From assembly GCA_964619465.1 (NCBI GenBank), contig CAZUES010000001.1, positions 123,440-187,439 of the forward strand: DNA of 64,000 bases, read 5' to 3'. The DNA is from an uncultured Gemmatimonas sp. (lineage in GTDB: Bacteria > Gemmatimonadota > Gemmatimonadetes > Gemmatimonadales > GWC2-71-9). Position 1 is the first letter of the stretch. Each line of letters starts with the position of its first letter. The translations under genes and the position numbers were made by a program. Positions 23,245-32,318 of this stretch are shown here, one piece after another. The notes under the pieces were generated by a model. The model saw nothing but the letters and a program-made list of their open reading frames with translations. It was not told where the DNA came from and made no database searches.

Positions 23245-26200
23245 ATGTCTCTGTCCCAGCGCTGGAAGGTCGTTCGGGTCCAGATTGCGGTGTGGGTGGC
23301 CGTGTCCGGTTTGGCGGTGCCTCTTACCGCACAGAGCCTGACCTCGGGATCGCTGCAGGGCGTCGTGGTTGGCGTGGACGGCAGCCCGCTCAGCGGGGTT
23401 CAGGTCTCGATCGAGACGGCTGCTGGAGGGGCGGTTGCGGAGTTTCAGACCGGCTTCAGCGGCAGCTTTGGTCTTCGATTGGTTGCGGCGGGCGAGTATC
23501 GGGTTCTGGTCGAACAGGCCGGCTATCAGCCGGTGCGTCGGATCGGCGTCCTGGTGGCTCCCGGGCAGCAGACCTCGATCAGGATCCTTCTGGAGCGCCG
23601 TCCGCCCCCGATCGTCGCCGTACAGGACCAGGTCGAACCGGCTTCGCCCGCCGGGATGGCTCGCGCGCGGCTGGTCAGCCGGCTCGAGCTGACCAGCCAC
23701 GAGGCTCGTCGCGATCTGTCCGACCTCGGTGCCAACCTGACGGAGCTGGTTACCCCGTTCGACGGGCGTGCCGGCCTGGCTCTGGCGGCCGGCGGCCTGC
23801 CGGGCTGGCGGAGCCGCCTGGTCGTCGACGGTGTGCCGGAAACGTCGTTGTCGCATCCCGGCTTTCCCGATCAGCCCGCCGTCACGCCGATCTTTGCTCG
23901 CGATGGACTCGACCAGGTTTCCGTTTTCGGTGCCCCGGTCGACGCCGAATGGCGAGGTACGCTCGGGACCACGATTGCTGCGCAATCACGGCGCGGCGGC
24001 AATCGTTTTCTCTTCCAGCCGTTCCTCAGCGCGAGTTCCGGATCGCTCGGTGCCCGCCCGCTCGATAACCCGGCCGACAGCGCATCTCTGGCGCTCCGCG
24101 CGGGCGCGTTTCTGAGCGGACCGATCGTGCGCGATACGGCCTACTTTGCGCTTCGGTTCGACTACCAGTCGGTTGAACTACCCAGCTCGTATTCCTGGAC
24201 GCAGGACGCCGCGACCTACCAGGGACAGGCGGTCTCGCTGCGTGACGTCCTGCCGGCCATTGCTGCGGATTCGTTCGGTACGCAGATCGGGTCGCTGGTG
24301 GCGCCTCCCATCCGCACCTGGAAGGGCGGGAGCGGTTCGGGTCGGGTCGACTGGCGTCTCGGGCGATCGCACGATGTTGCGGTCCGGGCCGGCCTCGCCG
24401 TGTGGAAGGAACGGGCCGGCATCCTCGGCGCGGATCTCGTGTCCGGCGCCGGGAGCGACCTTTCCGCGCGGGATGCCTCGGCGGCGCTGACGGTGACCAG
24501 TCGGGGCGATCTGCTCTCCAACGAGCTCCGGGTCGGCTTCAATCTGGCGCGCCGGGAGTACGCAGGCGCGGCGGTGCCCTCGACCGCCATCGTCGGCAGT
24601 GGGGCGGCGTTCGGCCGATCGCTCGGGTTACCGGCACTGTTCGACCAGAAGACGTTCGATGTGTCGACCGCGGTGCAGCTGAGCAGGGGCGCGCATCAGA
24701 TCAAGCTGGGCGGCTCCGCCACCGTGCTCGACTACCGGCAGGACTACCGTTACGGAGCAAGCGGATCGTTCCTCTTCGGATCGGTCGACGGATTCGGGGC
24801 AGGCGAAGGCCTCTTTACGCAGGTGGTCGGACCGGCGGAAGCTGCGCAGTTTACCACGGCTCAGCTGGGCGCCTTTCTGCAGAATACCTGGTCCATCTCA
24901 CCGCAACTGGATCTGTTGATCGGAGCTCGGGTCGACCGCTTCACGCTTCCGGTCGAGAAGATGAACACGGACCCGGTCTGGGAAGCGGTCACGGTGCCTC
25001 GCGACACGGTGTACAAAAACCGGGTCAACGTTTCCCCTCGCCTCGGCTTCGTCTGGCAGGACGGCGGCGACTGGGTGGTGCGGGGCGGGGGCGGTCTCTC
25101 CTTCGCGCCGCTCGATCGATATGCCTTTGCCGAGGCGCTGCTCTTCGACCGTGATGTCACGGTACGCCGGGGCGCGGGGAATTTCGCTGCGTGGCCGGCG
25201 CTCCCGACCGAGACCGGCGCCCCGACCACGGGCCAGCGGCTGACGCTGCTCAATTCGACGATCCGTGCGCCGCGCACCGCCAAGCTGGATGCCGGCATCA
25301 GCCGACGTTTGGGGCATGCCATGCTGCATCTCTCGGCGGCCTACCATCATACCGATTATCTGTTGCGCCGAGACGACCTCAACCGGCTAGCGTCGCCGGT
25401 GGCAGCTACGCAGGAAGGACGTCCGGTGTACGGGTCGCTGGTGCAGTATGGCGGGCTGGTGACGGCAACGCCCGGCGGCAACCGCCGCTTCAGCGGCTAC
25501 GATCTCGTCAGTGGTCTCTCCCCGACCGGCTCGGTGGACTACTACGAAGTTGGCGCGATGCTCGAACAGCGACTCAGCGAACGGGTTGCCCTGATCGCGT
25601 CGTATACCTATTCGAAGACGGAAGACAATCTGATCGGTTCGCGCTCGGCGGATCCGACCGACCAGTTGAATCCGTTTCCGGACGGACTCGACGGAGCCGA
25701 TTGGGCCAAGGGCCGGTCTGACTTCGATGTCCCGCATCGCGGCTTTGCCCTGCTGCGTCTCTCGAGCGGCGGCAGGTCGCCCATCGCGTTGTCGGCCCGG
25801 TACCGGGTTCGTTCCGGTCTTCCGTTCACCCCAGGATTCCGCCCTGGCGTCGACGTCAACGCCGACGGATCGGGGAACAACGATCCGGCCTATCTCGGCA
25901 CGGGGGTATCGGGCGTAGATGTGGCGCTCCAGGGCGCCAGCTGTGATGCCGGGTTGAGCGGCCGCTTCGCAGCACGGAACAGTTGCCGCGAGAAAATGCA
26001 GCAAGCGCTCGACCTCAGCCTGTCGGTCGGGCTGCCGGTCGGTCGCCTGGGCGACCGTCTTGCCCTCACGGTGGATGCGTTCAACCTGGTCGCGACGGAA
26101 ACCGGTGTGGTCGATCGCGCTCTCGTTCTCATTGATCCTGCCGGCAGTCTCGGATCGGGTGGATCGGGAAGCGTGACGCTTCCCCTGATTGCCAATCCCA

Positions 26201-26271
26201 ACTTCGGCTCCCTGCTGGTTCGGCGCGGCGATCCGCGCTCCGTCCGGGTTGGCCTGCGTCTGGAGTACTGA
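23245..26271 (+). CDS. TonB-dependent-receptor-like outer-membrane barrel with N-terminal CarboxypepD_reg domain
   Basis: Signal peptide 'VRVQIAVWVAVSGLAVPLTAQS'. 'GSLQGVVVGVDGSPLSGVQVSIE...AGEYRVLVEQAGYQP' is the carboxypeptidase-regulatory-like fold. Plug-like 'RLVVDGVPE...LDQVSVFGAPVDAEWRG'. About 800 aa of barrel follow. ATG at 23245; the ORF-track start at 23164 is less likely. Confidence 0.8.
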   Translation: MSLSQRWKVVRVQIAVWVAVSGLAVPLTAQSLTSGSLQGVVVGVDGSPLSGVQVSIETAAGGAVAEFQTGFSGSFGLRLVAAGEYRVLVEQAGYQPVRRIGVLVAPGQQTSIRILLERRPPPIVAVQDQVEPASPAGMARARLVSRLELTSHEARRDLSDLGANLTELVTPFDGRAGLALAAGGLPGWRSRLVVDGVPETSLSHPGFPDQPAVTPIFARDGLDQVSVFGAPVDAEWRGTLGTTIAAQSRRGGNRFLFQPFLSASSGSLGARPLDNPADSASLALRAGAFLSGPIVRDTAYFALRFDYQSVELPSSYSWTQDAATYQGQAVSLRDVLPAIAADSFGTQIGSLVAPPIRTWKGGSGSGRVDWRLGRSHDVAVRAGLAVWKERAGILGADLVSGAGSDLSARDASAALTVTSRGDLLSNELRVGFNLARREYAGAAVPSTAIVGSGAAFGRSLGLPALFDQKTFDVSTAVQLSRGAHQIKLGGSATVLDYRQDYRYGASGSFLFGSVDGFGAGEGLFTQVVGPAEAAQFTTAQLGAFLQNTWSISPQLDLLIGARVDRFTLPVEKMNTDPVWEAVTVPRDTVYKNRVNVSPRLGFVWQDGGDWVVRGGGGLSFAPLDRYAFAEALLFDRDVTVRRGAGNFAAWPALPTETGAPTTGQRLTLLNSTIRAPRTAKLDAGISRRLGHAMLHLSAAYHHTDYLLRRDDLNRLASPVAATQEGRPVYGSLVQYGGLVTATPGGNRRFSGYDLVSGLSPTGSVDYYEVGAMLEQRLSERVALIASYTYSKTEDNLIGSRSADPTDQLNPFPDGLDGADWAKGRSDFDVPHRGFALLRLSSGGRSPIALSARYRVRSGLPFTPGFRPGVDVNADGSGNNDPAYLGTGVSGVDVALQGASCDAGLSGRFAARNSCREKMQQALDLSLSVGLPVGRLGDRLALTVDAFNLVATETGVVDRALVLIDPAGSLGSGGSGSVTLPLIANPNFGSLLVRRGDPRSVRVGLRLEY

Positions 26272-26274
26272 CCG

Positions 26275-27258
26275 ATGCGTACCTCTCTCTTCTCCCGGGT
26301 CGGTCTGGTGGCAGTGGTCGGGCTTGCTGCCGGATGCGACAACGCCGGTGTCGATCTCGGGTTTCCGGCCGAATCGACCGGGGCAATCGTGGTACACCTC
26401 TACCTCGATGCCGACGGTTCACGAACCAATACTCCGCTCGATGTGACGTACTCCGGTGCGCGTGTGGCACTCCTGACGCGGGGTGGGGACACGCTGCGCA
26501 TCGTGACCTCCGACGCGCAGGGCCGTGCCCGCTTTTCCGACGTGGTATTGGGACAGTATCAGGTCGGCGTTGCGTCCGGGGGGCTGGGCGACTCGGTGTC
26601 GGTGGCGCAGATCGATACGACTCACATCACCGTCGCGCAGGGCATGGACACGGTGCGCGTTTCGGTGCGGTTGGCCTATCCGGAACTCACGGTTCGAGAG
26701 GCGCGCGCGACCACTCCAGGACGGCGGGTCTTCCTGCGCGGCGTGATCCTGGCCGGAGTGCAGTCGTTTCGCGATACCACCTCGCATTTGTCGGATAGTT
26801 CCGGCGCGGTCCGGCTGACGGACGTGACCCTGCGTGGCGGCCTGGCCGGTAACAGTCCTGGTGACAGCGTGAGTGTGCTTGGTGCGGTCGCGAGCCGGGA
26901 CGGCCAGCCTACCCTGGCCCAGGCGATCATCGCCCGGTTCGGTGCGCGGCCGTCGCCGCTTCCCCGGATTCTGTCGACGCGTCTCGCCTCGGAAGCCTCC
27001 GGCGGGACGCTCGACGCCGATCTGGTGCAGGTGATTTCAGCCCCGATCGTCGATACCGCCACGGTCCAGCCGGATTTCGTGGTCGGACTCGATGACGGCA
27101 GCGGTCGGCTCACCCTGTTGCTCGACGCAAATCTGAATTTTCCGCGCCCGGCATTTATCCCGGGACGCCAGGTCACCGCGCGCGGCGTGCTGGTTCCCCA
27201 TGCCGGTGGCGGATGGATGCTCAAGCCGCGCGACGGGGGAGACGTCTCGATATTCTGA
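26275..27258 (+). CDS. lipoprotein of unknown function (N-terminal CarboxypepD_reg-like segment and two OB-fold-like segments)
   Basis: Lipobox 'LVAVVGLAAGC'. 'VALLTRGGDTLRIVTSDAQGRARFSDVVLGQYQV'. Starts 3 nt after the receptor stop and ends 3 nt before the deacetylase start. Confidence 0.6.
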   Translation: MRTSLFSRVGLVAVVGLAAGCDNAGVDLGFPAESTGAIVVHLYLDADGSRTNTPLDVTYSGARVALLTRGGDTLRIVTSDAQGRARFSDVVLGQYQVGVASGGLGDSVSVAQIDTTHITVAQGMDTVRVSVRLAYPELTVREARATTPGRRVFLRGVILAGVQSFRDTTSHLSDSSGAVRLTDVTLRGGLAGNSPGDSVSVLGAVASRDGQPTLAQAIIARFGARPSPLPRILSTRLASEASGGTLDADLVQVISAPIVDTATVQPDFVVGLDDGSGRLTLLLDANLNFPRPAFIPGRQVTARGVLVPHAGGGWMLKPRDGGDVSIF

Positions 27259-27261
27259 TCG

Positions 27262-28161
27262 ATGCAGAGCGCAATGCTCGCCCCGACTGATCGCTCATCG
27301 TCGCGGCACATCTTCTCCGTCGACGTGGAAGAGCACTTTCAGGTGTCGGCTTTCGAGGGGATCGTGCCGCGCCAGGATTGGGCGGCGCAGCCGAGTCGGG
27401 TCGAGGCGAATACGGAGCGAATTCTCGAGTTGATGGACGCGGCCGGCGCGACCGGGACCTTCTTCGTGCTGGGCTGGGTGGCCGAGCGCTGCCCCGCGCT
27501 GGTGCGTCGGATCGCGGCTGCCGGTCACGAGATCGGTTCGCACAGCTGGTGGCATCACCGGGTGCTGACCCAGACACCGGAAACGTTCCGTCGCGAAGTC
27601 CGTGACTCCAAAGCCCTGCTCGAAGACGTGTCCGGAACCTCGGTGGACGGGTTCCGGGCGCCGAGCTTTTCGATCGTACCGGGGGTCGAGTGGGCCTTCG
27701 ACGTGCTGATCGAAGAGGGGTACCGCTACGACTCGAGCGTCTTTCCGATCCGGCGCCCGGGGTATGGCTACCCCGATGCGCCGCTCCGACCGTACCGCAT
27801 CGATCGGCCCGTCGGGTCGCTCGACCAGTATCCGCTTGCCACGCTCACCCTCGCCGGGATGCGGATTCCGGCCGCAGGTGGAGGGTACCTTCGACAGTTT
27901 CCCCTCGGCGTGATTCGGGCTGCTTTCCGGCAGGCTGAACGCGAGGATCGTCCCGGCATGTTTTATATCCATCCGTGGGAAGTCGACCCGGACCAGCCCC
28001 GTCTTCCAGTTGGTACGCTGACTCGCCTGCGGCACTACCGTGGGCTCCGGCATACCGCGGAGCGACTGTCCAAAATGCTGCGCTGGTTCAGATTCACCTC
28101 TGTCCGCGGCTGGGTTGCGGCCAGGGACGGAGCGGCAGCCGCGGCGGTCGGGCATGGCTGA
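27262..28161 (+). CDS. polysaccharide deacetylase, PEP-CTERM/XrtA-locus subfamily-like (CE4 + DUF3473)
   Basis: 'HIFSVDVEEHFQVSAFEG...RILELMDAAGATGTFFVLGWVAERCPALVRRIAAAGHEIGSHSWWH' matches what I recall of the TIGR03006-type subfamily. Confidence 0.8.
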   Translation: MQSAMLAPTDRSSSRHIFSVDVEEHFQVSAFEGIVPRQDWAAQPSRVEANTERILELMDAAGATGTFFVLGWVAERCPALVRRIAAAGHEIGSHSWWHHRVLTQTPETFRREVRDSKALLEDVSGTSVDGFRAPSFSIVPGVEWAFDVLIEEGYRYDSSVFPIRRPGYGYPDAPLRPYRIDRPVGSLDQYPLATLTLAGMRIPAAGGGYLRQFPLGVIRAAFRQAEREDRPGMFYIHPWEVDPDQPRLPVGTLTRLRHYRGLRHTAERLSKMLRWFRFTSVRGWVAARDGAAAAAVGHG

Positions 28162-29218
28162 CCCACTCACTGCGGAACCGAGTCAGCTTCCGTCCTCACT
28201 CGAGGTGCGCCCTTATGTCGGATCGGGCGCCACCTGGGATGCCGTTGGCGCGGCTCAGTCCGGCTGGACGGTGTTCCATCGCTGGGCCTGGAAGTCGGTC
28301 ATGGAGAAGGCCCTGGGGCACGAATGTCTGTACTGGGGTGCCTACCAACCGGACGGAACACTGGCCGGAATTCTCCCGCTGGTGCGGGTTCGGAGCCCCC
28401 TCTTCGGTCATTACCTCGTATCACTGCCGTTCGTCAATTACGGAGGCCCGCTCGGTACGCAGGATGCGGTCGGCGCGTTGGCGCGTGCAGCTGTCGATCG
28501 CGCCCGGCTCGATCGCGTCAAGCTGCTCGAACTTCGGAGCCGGGTGGCGCTCCCGATCGAGCTGCCGGTGTCACATCGGAAGATTACGGTCTGTCTGGAA
28601 TTGCCTGACTCGGATGAGGCGTTGATGAAGCGTTTCCCGGCCAAGCTGCGCAGCCAGGTTCGCCGTCCCGACAAGGAGGGCGTCCAAGTCCGGTTCGGTC
28701 CCGATCAGGTGGAGCCCTTCTATCAGGTCTTCAGCGCCCACATGCACGCACTGGGTACGCCCGTGATGCCCCGGCGTCTGTTCGCTGCTCTGCCGGAGGC
28801 TTTTGGCGACGATGTCTGGTTTGGGGTCGGGTACCTGGGCGACGTTCCGATCGCGTGCGGTGCAGGGTTTCGCTGGGGCGACGAGTTCGAGATGACCTGG
28901 GCATCGAGTCTCAGTGCCTACAACCGGATTTCCGCCAATATGGGCGTCTACTGGGCGTTCATGCGCCGGGCTATCGGCCTCGGTCTGCGCGTCTTCAATT
29001 TCGGTCGCTGTAGCCCCGGGAGCGGCACGCACCGGTTCAAGAGTCAGTGGACGGCCGTGGACGAGGCCCTGTACTGGTATCAGTGGTCTGCTTCGGGGGT
29101 CGCGAGTACGCCGTCGCCGGATACGGGGCCGCTGTCCTGGGCGCCGCGAGTCTGGTCTCGCTTGCCGCGCACTGTCGTCGATACGGCGGGACCGTGGTTG
29201 TCTCGTCTGATTCCCTGA
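28154..29218 (+). CDS. FemAB-family (GNAT-fold peptidyl/aminoacyl transferase) protein, PEP-CTERM-system-associated type
   Basis: 'FHRWAWKSVMEKALGHECLYWGA...GILPLVRVRSPLFGHYLVSLPFVNYGGPLG' and 'RFKSQW'. The ATG at 28154 overlaps the deacetylase stop by 8 nt; the ORF-track start at 28040 is an extension. Confidence 0.75.
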   Translation: MADPLTAEPSQLPSSLEVRPYVGSGATWDAVGAAQSGWTVFHRWAWKSVMEKALGHECLYWGAYQPDGTLAGILPLVRVRSPLFGHYLVSLPFVNYGGPLGTQDAVGALARAAVDRARLDRVKLLELRSRVALPIELPVSHRKITVCLELPDSDEALMKRFPAKLRSQVRRPDKEGVQVRFGPDQVEPFYQVFSAHMHALGTPVMPRRLFAALPEAFGDDVWFGVGYLGDVPIACGAGFRWGDEFEMTWASSLSAYNRISANMGVYWAFMRRAIGLGLRVFNFGRCSPGSGTHRFKSQWTAVDEALYWYQWSASGVASTPSPDTGPLSWAPRVWSRLPRTVVDTAGPWLSRLIP

Positions 29219-29222
29219 ATCC

Positions 29223-30413
29223 GTGATTCGAACTCAGTTGCCGGTCTGGTCGCCGGTGTCCGGTCAGTCGCTGATGACCGGGCTCCTGCGAAGCCTGAAG
29301 GGCGACCCTCGCGCTCTGCTTGCGGGTGCGCTGGCCGAGGAGTATTCGGTCGGTCGCGCCCTGCTCTGCGACAGCGGCACTTCCGGGCTGACGCTGGCGC
29401 TCCGGTCTTTGGGGCCGGAGGCCGTCGTCGCGCTGCCGGCCTACGGGTGCTTCGACCTTGCGACGGCCGCTGTCGGTGCGGATGCGAAAGTCCGTTTTTA
29501 CGATGTCGATCCGCGCACGCTCGCCCCTGATGATCAGTCCTTGCGGCGTACCCTTGCCGAGGGAGTGACTGCCGTCGTGGTCGCCCACTTCTATGGCATT
29601 CCGATCGACCTCCGGGCCTGGGAGGACGAGGTTCGTGCAGCCGGCGCCGTGCTGATCGATGATGCTGCGCAAGGGGTCGGGGCGGTATTTGACGGCCGGA
29701 TGGCCGGGACCGGGGGTGACCTTGGTGTTCTCAGCTTCGGGCGCGGGAAAGGCCGTACCGGAGGCCACGGAGGCGCCGTATTGGCTGGATCCGATCGGGG
29801 CTTGGAACTTGCAGACCGAATTTCGTCCGGACTGCCGCCGTTTGGCGGCCTCGGTGAGGTCGTCTCGGTCGGCAAGCTAGTCGCGCAGTGGATCTTTGGA
29901 CGGCCGGCGCTCTACGGAATTCCCCAGCTGATACCGGGAATGACCCTGGGCGAAACGGTCTATCATGCACCACGGCCTCCCCGAATGATCGGGAGGACCG
30001 CGGCTGGGATGCTGCTTGCCGGAACGGATTCTTCGGGTCGGGCGGTCCTGGCACGTCGCGCGGTGGCCGAGAGGATACGGGAGCGGATTGCGTCGGTTAC
30101 AGATGCCGATATCATACAGTTGCATCCGAAGGCTATGCCCGGATGGCTTCGCTTTCCCGTAGTGCTTTCTGATCGACGTGTCGCGGCTGCTCGCTCCCGA
30201 CGGGGACGCGCGGCTGGGATTATGGGTGGCTATCCCCAGATCTTGCCGGACCTTGCCGCGCTCCACGGCCGTGTACTTGGCGGGCGACGAGTCTGGCCTG
30301 GTGCATCTGAATTAGTGCGCGGTCTCGTCACCCTTCCGACGCACCGCTGGATCCAAGCGGACGATCTCAACAGGATTGTGATGATTCTTGAAAGTTCGGC
30401 GGCCGGTGCTTGA
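29223..30413 (+). CDS. DegT/DnrJ/EryC1/StrS-family PLP-dependent aminotransferase-like protein
   Basis: 'CDSGTSGLTLALRSL', 'LIDDAAQGVG', 'SFGRGKGRTGG' (SFxxxK Lys motif). GTG start 4 nt after the FemAB stop. Confidence 0.7.
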   Translation: MIRTQLPVWSPVSGQSLMTGLLRSLKGDPRALLAGALAEEYSVGRALLCDSGTSGLTLALRSLGPEAVVALPAYGCFDLATAAVGADAKVRFYDVDPRTLAPDDQSLRRTLAEGVTAVVVAHFYGIPIDLRAWEDEVRAAGAVLIDDAAQGVGAVFDGRMAGTGGDLGVLSFGRGKGRTGGHGGAVLAGSDRGLELADRISSGLPPFGGLGEVVSVGKLVAQWIFGRPALYGIPQLIPGMTLGETVYHAPRPPRMIGRTAAGMLLAGTDSSGRAVLARRAVAERIRERIASVTDADIIQLHPKAMPGWLRFPVVLSDRRVAAARSRRGRAAGIMGGYPQILPDLAALHGRVLGGRRVWPGASELVRGLVTLPTHRWIQADDLNRIVMILESSAAGA

Positions 30414-31884
30414 TACGTCGGATGCGACTGGGGGCGGGGCGGGCAACCTCTCGCGTCCCTCGGATGTCGTAGACCATCGGCCTGCGCCATCGGCCGCCGT
30501 TTACGGGACTCCGTCGCATCGACTCTTGCTGGTCAGCTATCACTTTCCGCCCAGCCAGGCCGTTGGAGGGCTCAGGTGGCAGCGTCTGACGGGCCTGGGT
30601 AATAACCGTGGCTGGGCTTCCGACGTCCTGACCCTCAAAGCGGACCGGCTGGCGAGTTGCGATTGGAGCCGGGTCAGTGAACTTCCCGCCACCACTCGAC
30701 TCCACTGGGTCGATCAGCCGACCACGTGGGAGCAGCAGTTCGAGCGGGTTGCTGAGCGGGTTTGGCGTGCGCTGCGGCGATCGAGGCCGCCAGGTACGAC
30801 TGCCGCTGGCCCGGTCTCCGCACGGCCGGCAATGGTCGATCGCGAACAGGTCAACTGGCTCACCGACAGCCGCAGTCTGATCCGGGCGCATCACGTCTGG
30901 CAACGGTACGCCGAGGAAATGGCTTGGGCCAAAGCCGCGGTGGTCGGGGGGCTGGAGGCATTTCCCGATGCCCCCCCTCACGTGGTGGTGAGTTCGGGGC
31001 CGCCCCATCTCGTCCACGAGGCGGGACGTCGCCTGGCCAATGCCCTCGAAGTCCCGTTCGTGATGGACATGCGGGACCCGTGGAGCCTGCAGACACATCT
31101 TCAGGAGCACGTGGCAAGTCCGCTCTGGCTCACGCTCGCCGAACGGGCCGAGGCGCGCTGTGTCGATCGAGCCGACCTGGTAATCATGAATACGCCGAGT
31201 GCGGCACGGGCGATGGCAGCCCGGTGGCCCGGTAAGCAGATCATGTCGGCCATGAATGGGTGGGATGACGAGCCGATCCCTTCGGCCCCGTGGCCGCACC
31301 AGTTTCGGATCGTCTACGCGGGAACGGTACACATCGATCGGGATCCGCGCCCCTTGTTCAGGGCCGTTGCGCAGACCGTGGAACGCCTCGGACTCGGTCC
31401 GGATGACTTGCAGGTCCGCCTGGTAGGCAGTGTGGCGAACTATGCCGGCATGCCTGTCACCTCGCTTGCTGCGTTGGAAGGGATCGCGCCGTTCGTCGAG
31501 GTGCTCCCGCCCGCCTCTCGTGCGGTTGTCATGGAGGAGTACGCGAGGGCGGCCGTGCTGGTCAGCCTTCCGCAAGACACGCCGCTCTCGGTTCCGTCCA
31601 AGGTGTTCGAGTATATCAGGCATCCGAGTTGGGTGCTGGCGCAGGCAACTTCTCCCAGCGCAACCGCCGATCTCCTCGCAGGAACCTCGGCGTTTGTCGT
31701 GCCGGCGGAACGGGTCGATGCGACTGCCGAACTCCTGGTGCGCTGTTATCAGGAGTTCCGCGCCGGGCGTCGTCCGGAGCCGGTGGCTCCGCAGACGCGC
31801 GCCAGTCGGGCCGAGGAGGGGGGCAGGATCTTTGACGCCCTTGAGAGGTTGGTCGATCGCGCTCGCCGCTCGACCCGCGCCTAA
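30388..31884 (+). CDS. GT-B fold glycosyltransferase (GT4-like)
   Basis: 'HRLLLVSYHFPPSQAVGGLRWQRL' N-domain and C-domain 'IVYAGTV...VRLVGSV...SKVFEY'. The TTG start at 30388 is uncertain (overlaps the upstream gene by 26 nt). Confidence 0.65.
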   Translation: MKVRRPVLDTSDATGGGAGNLSRPSDVVDHRPAPSAAVYGTPSHRLLLVSYHFPPSQAVGGLRWQRLTGLGNNRGWASDVLTLKADRLASCDWSRVSELPATTRLHWVDQPTTWEQQFERVAERVWRALRRSRPPGTTAAGPVSARPAMVDREQVNWLTDSRSLIRAHHVWQRYAEEMAWAKAAVVGGLEAFPDAPPHVVVSSGPPHLVHEAGRRLANALEVPFVMDMRDPWSLQTHLQEHVASPLWLTLAERAEARCVDRADLVIMNTPSAARAMAARWPGKQIMSAMNGWDDEPIPSAPWPHQFRIVYAGTVHIDRDPRPLFRAVAQTVERLGLGPDDLQVRLVGSVANYAGMPVTSLAALEGIAPFVEVLPPASRAVVMEEYARAAVLVSLPQDTPLSVPSKVFEYIRHPSWVLAQATSPSATADLLAGTSAFVVPAERVDATAELLVRCYQEFRAGRRPEPVAPQTRASRAEEGGRIFDALERLVDRARRSTRA

Positions 31885-32065
31885 CGCCGTAGGTACCGTC
31901 TCTCCCCCGCACTTTCCCGCCGTTACGTCGGTTCGAACCCCTCCGCGCTCAGGCTCGCCCCATTGCTGCACGCCGTCTGGGGTCACCCTTCGGGCCGGTC
32001 TCCCTCATCCGGGCTTGGCCAGACGGCTTTCCGCCAGTTTTGTGACCGATTTTCGGCCTGTATTT

Positions 32066-32077
32066 GTTGCATTTAGC
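32066..32077 (+). promoter_or_regulatory. GTTGCAtttAGC motif upstream of Big_2 gene A (shared with gene B)
   Basis: 10 of 12 positions identical to GTTGCActcAGC at 36511-36522. Both lie in reduced-GC intergenic DNA 180-250 nt upstream of the paralogous genes. Confidence 0.3.
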
Positions 32078-32318
32078 CCACATGTCGAGGGTCAACGTGC
32101 CTCCGGACTAATGTTGATTTAGTTGACAGTTGGGGAGAATTCGGAGGAGTTGAAAATGCGCCCACCCCCTAGTGATTATTGAGGTTGTGCAAGGTCTGGC
32201 CTGCCCCGTCGTCTTATGTGCGTTTTCATGACGTTTGCGCAAAGGCCTGCATCTTGCCGACTCGTACACGTCTCGAATTGGCCGAAGCCGTTCTCGAGAA
32301 AATGGGTGGATCCGCAGC

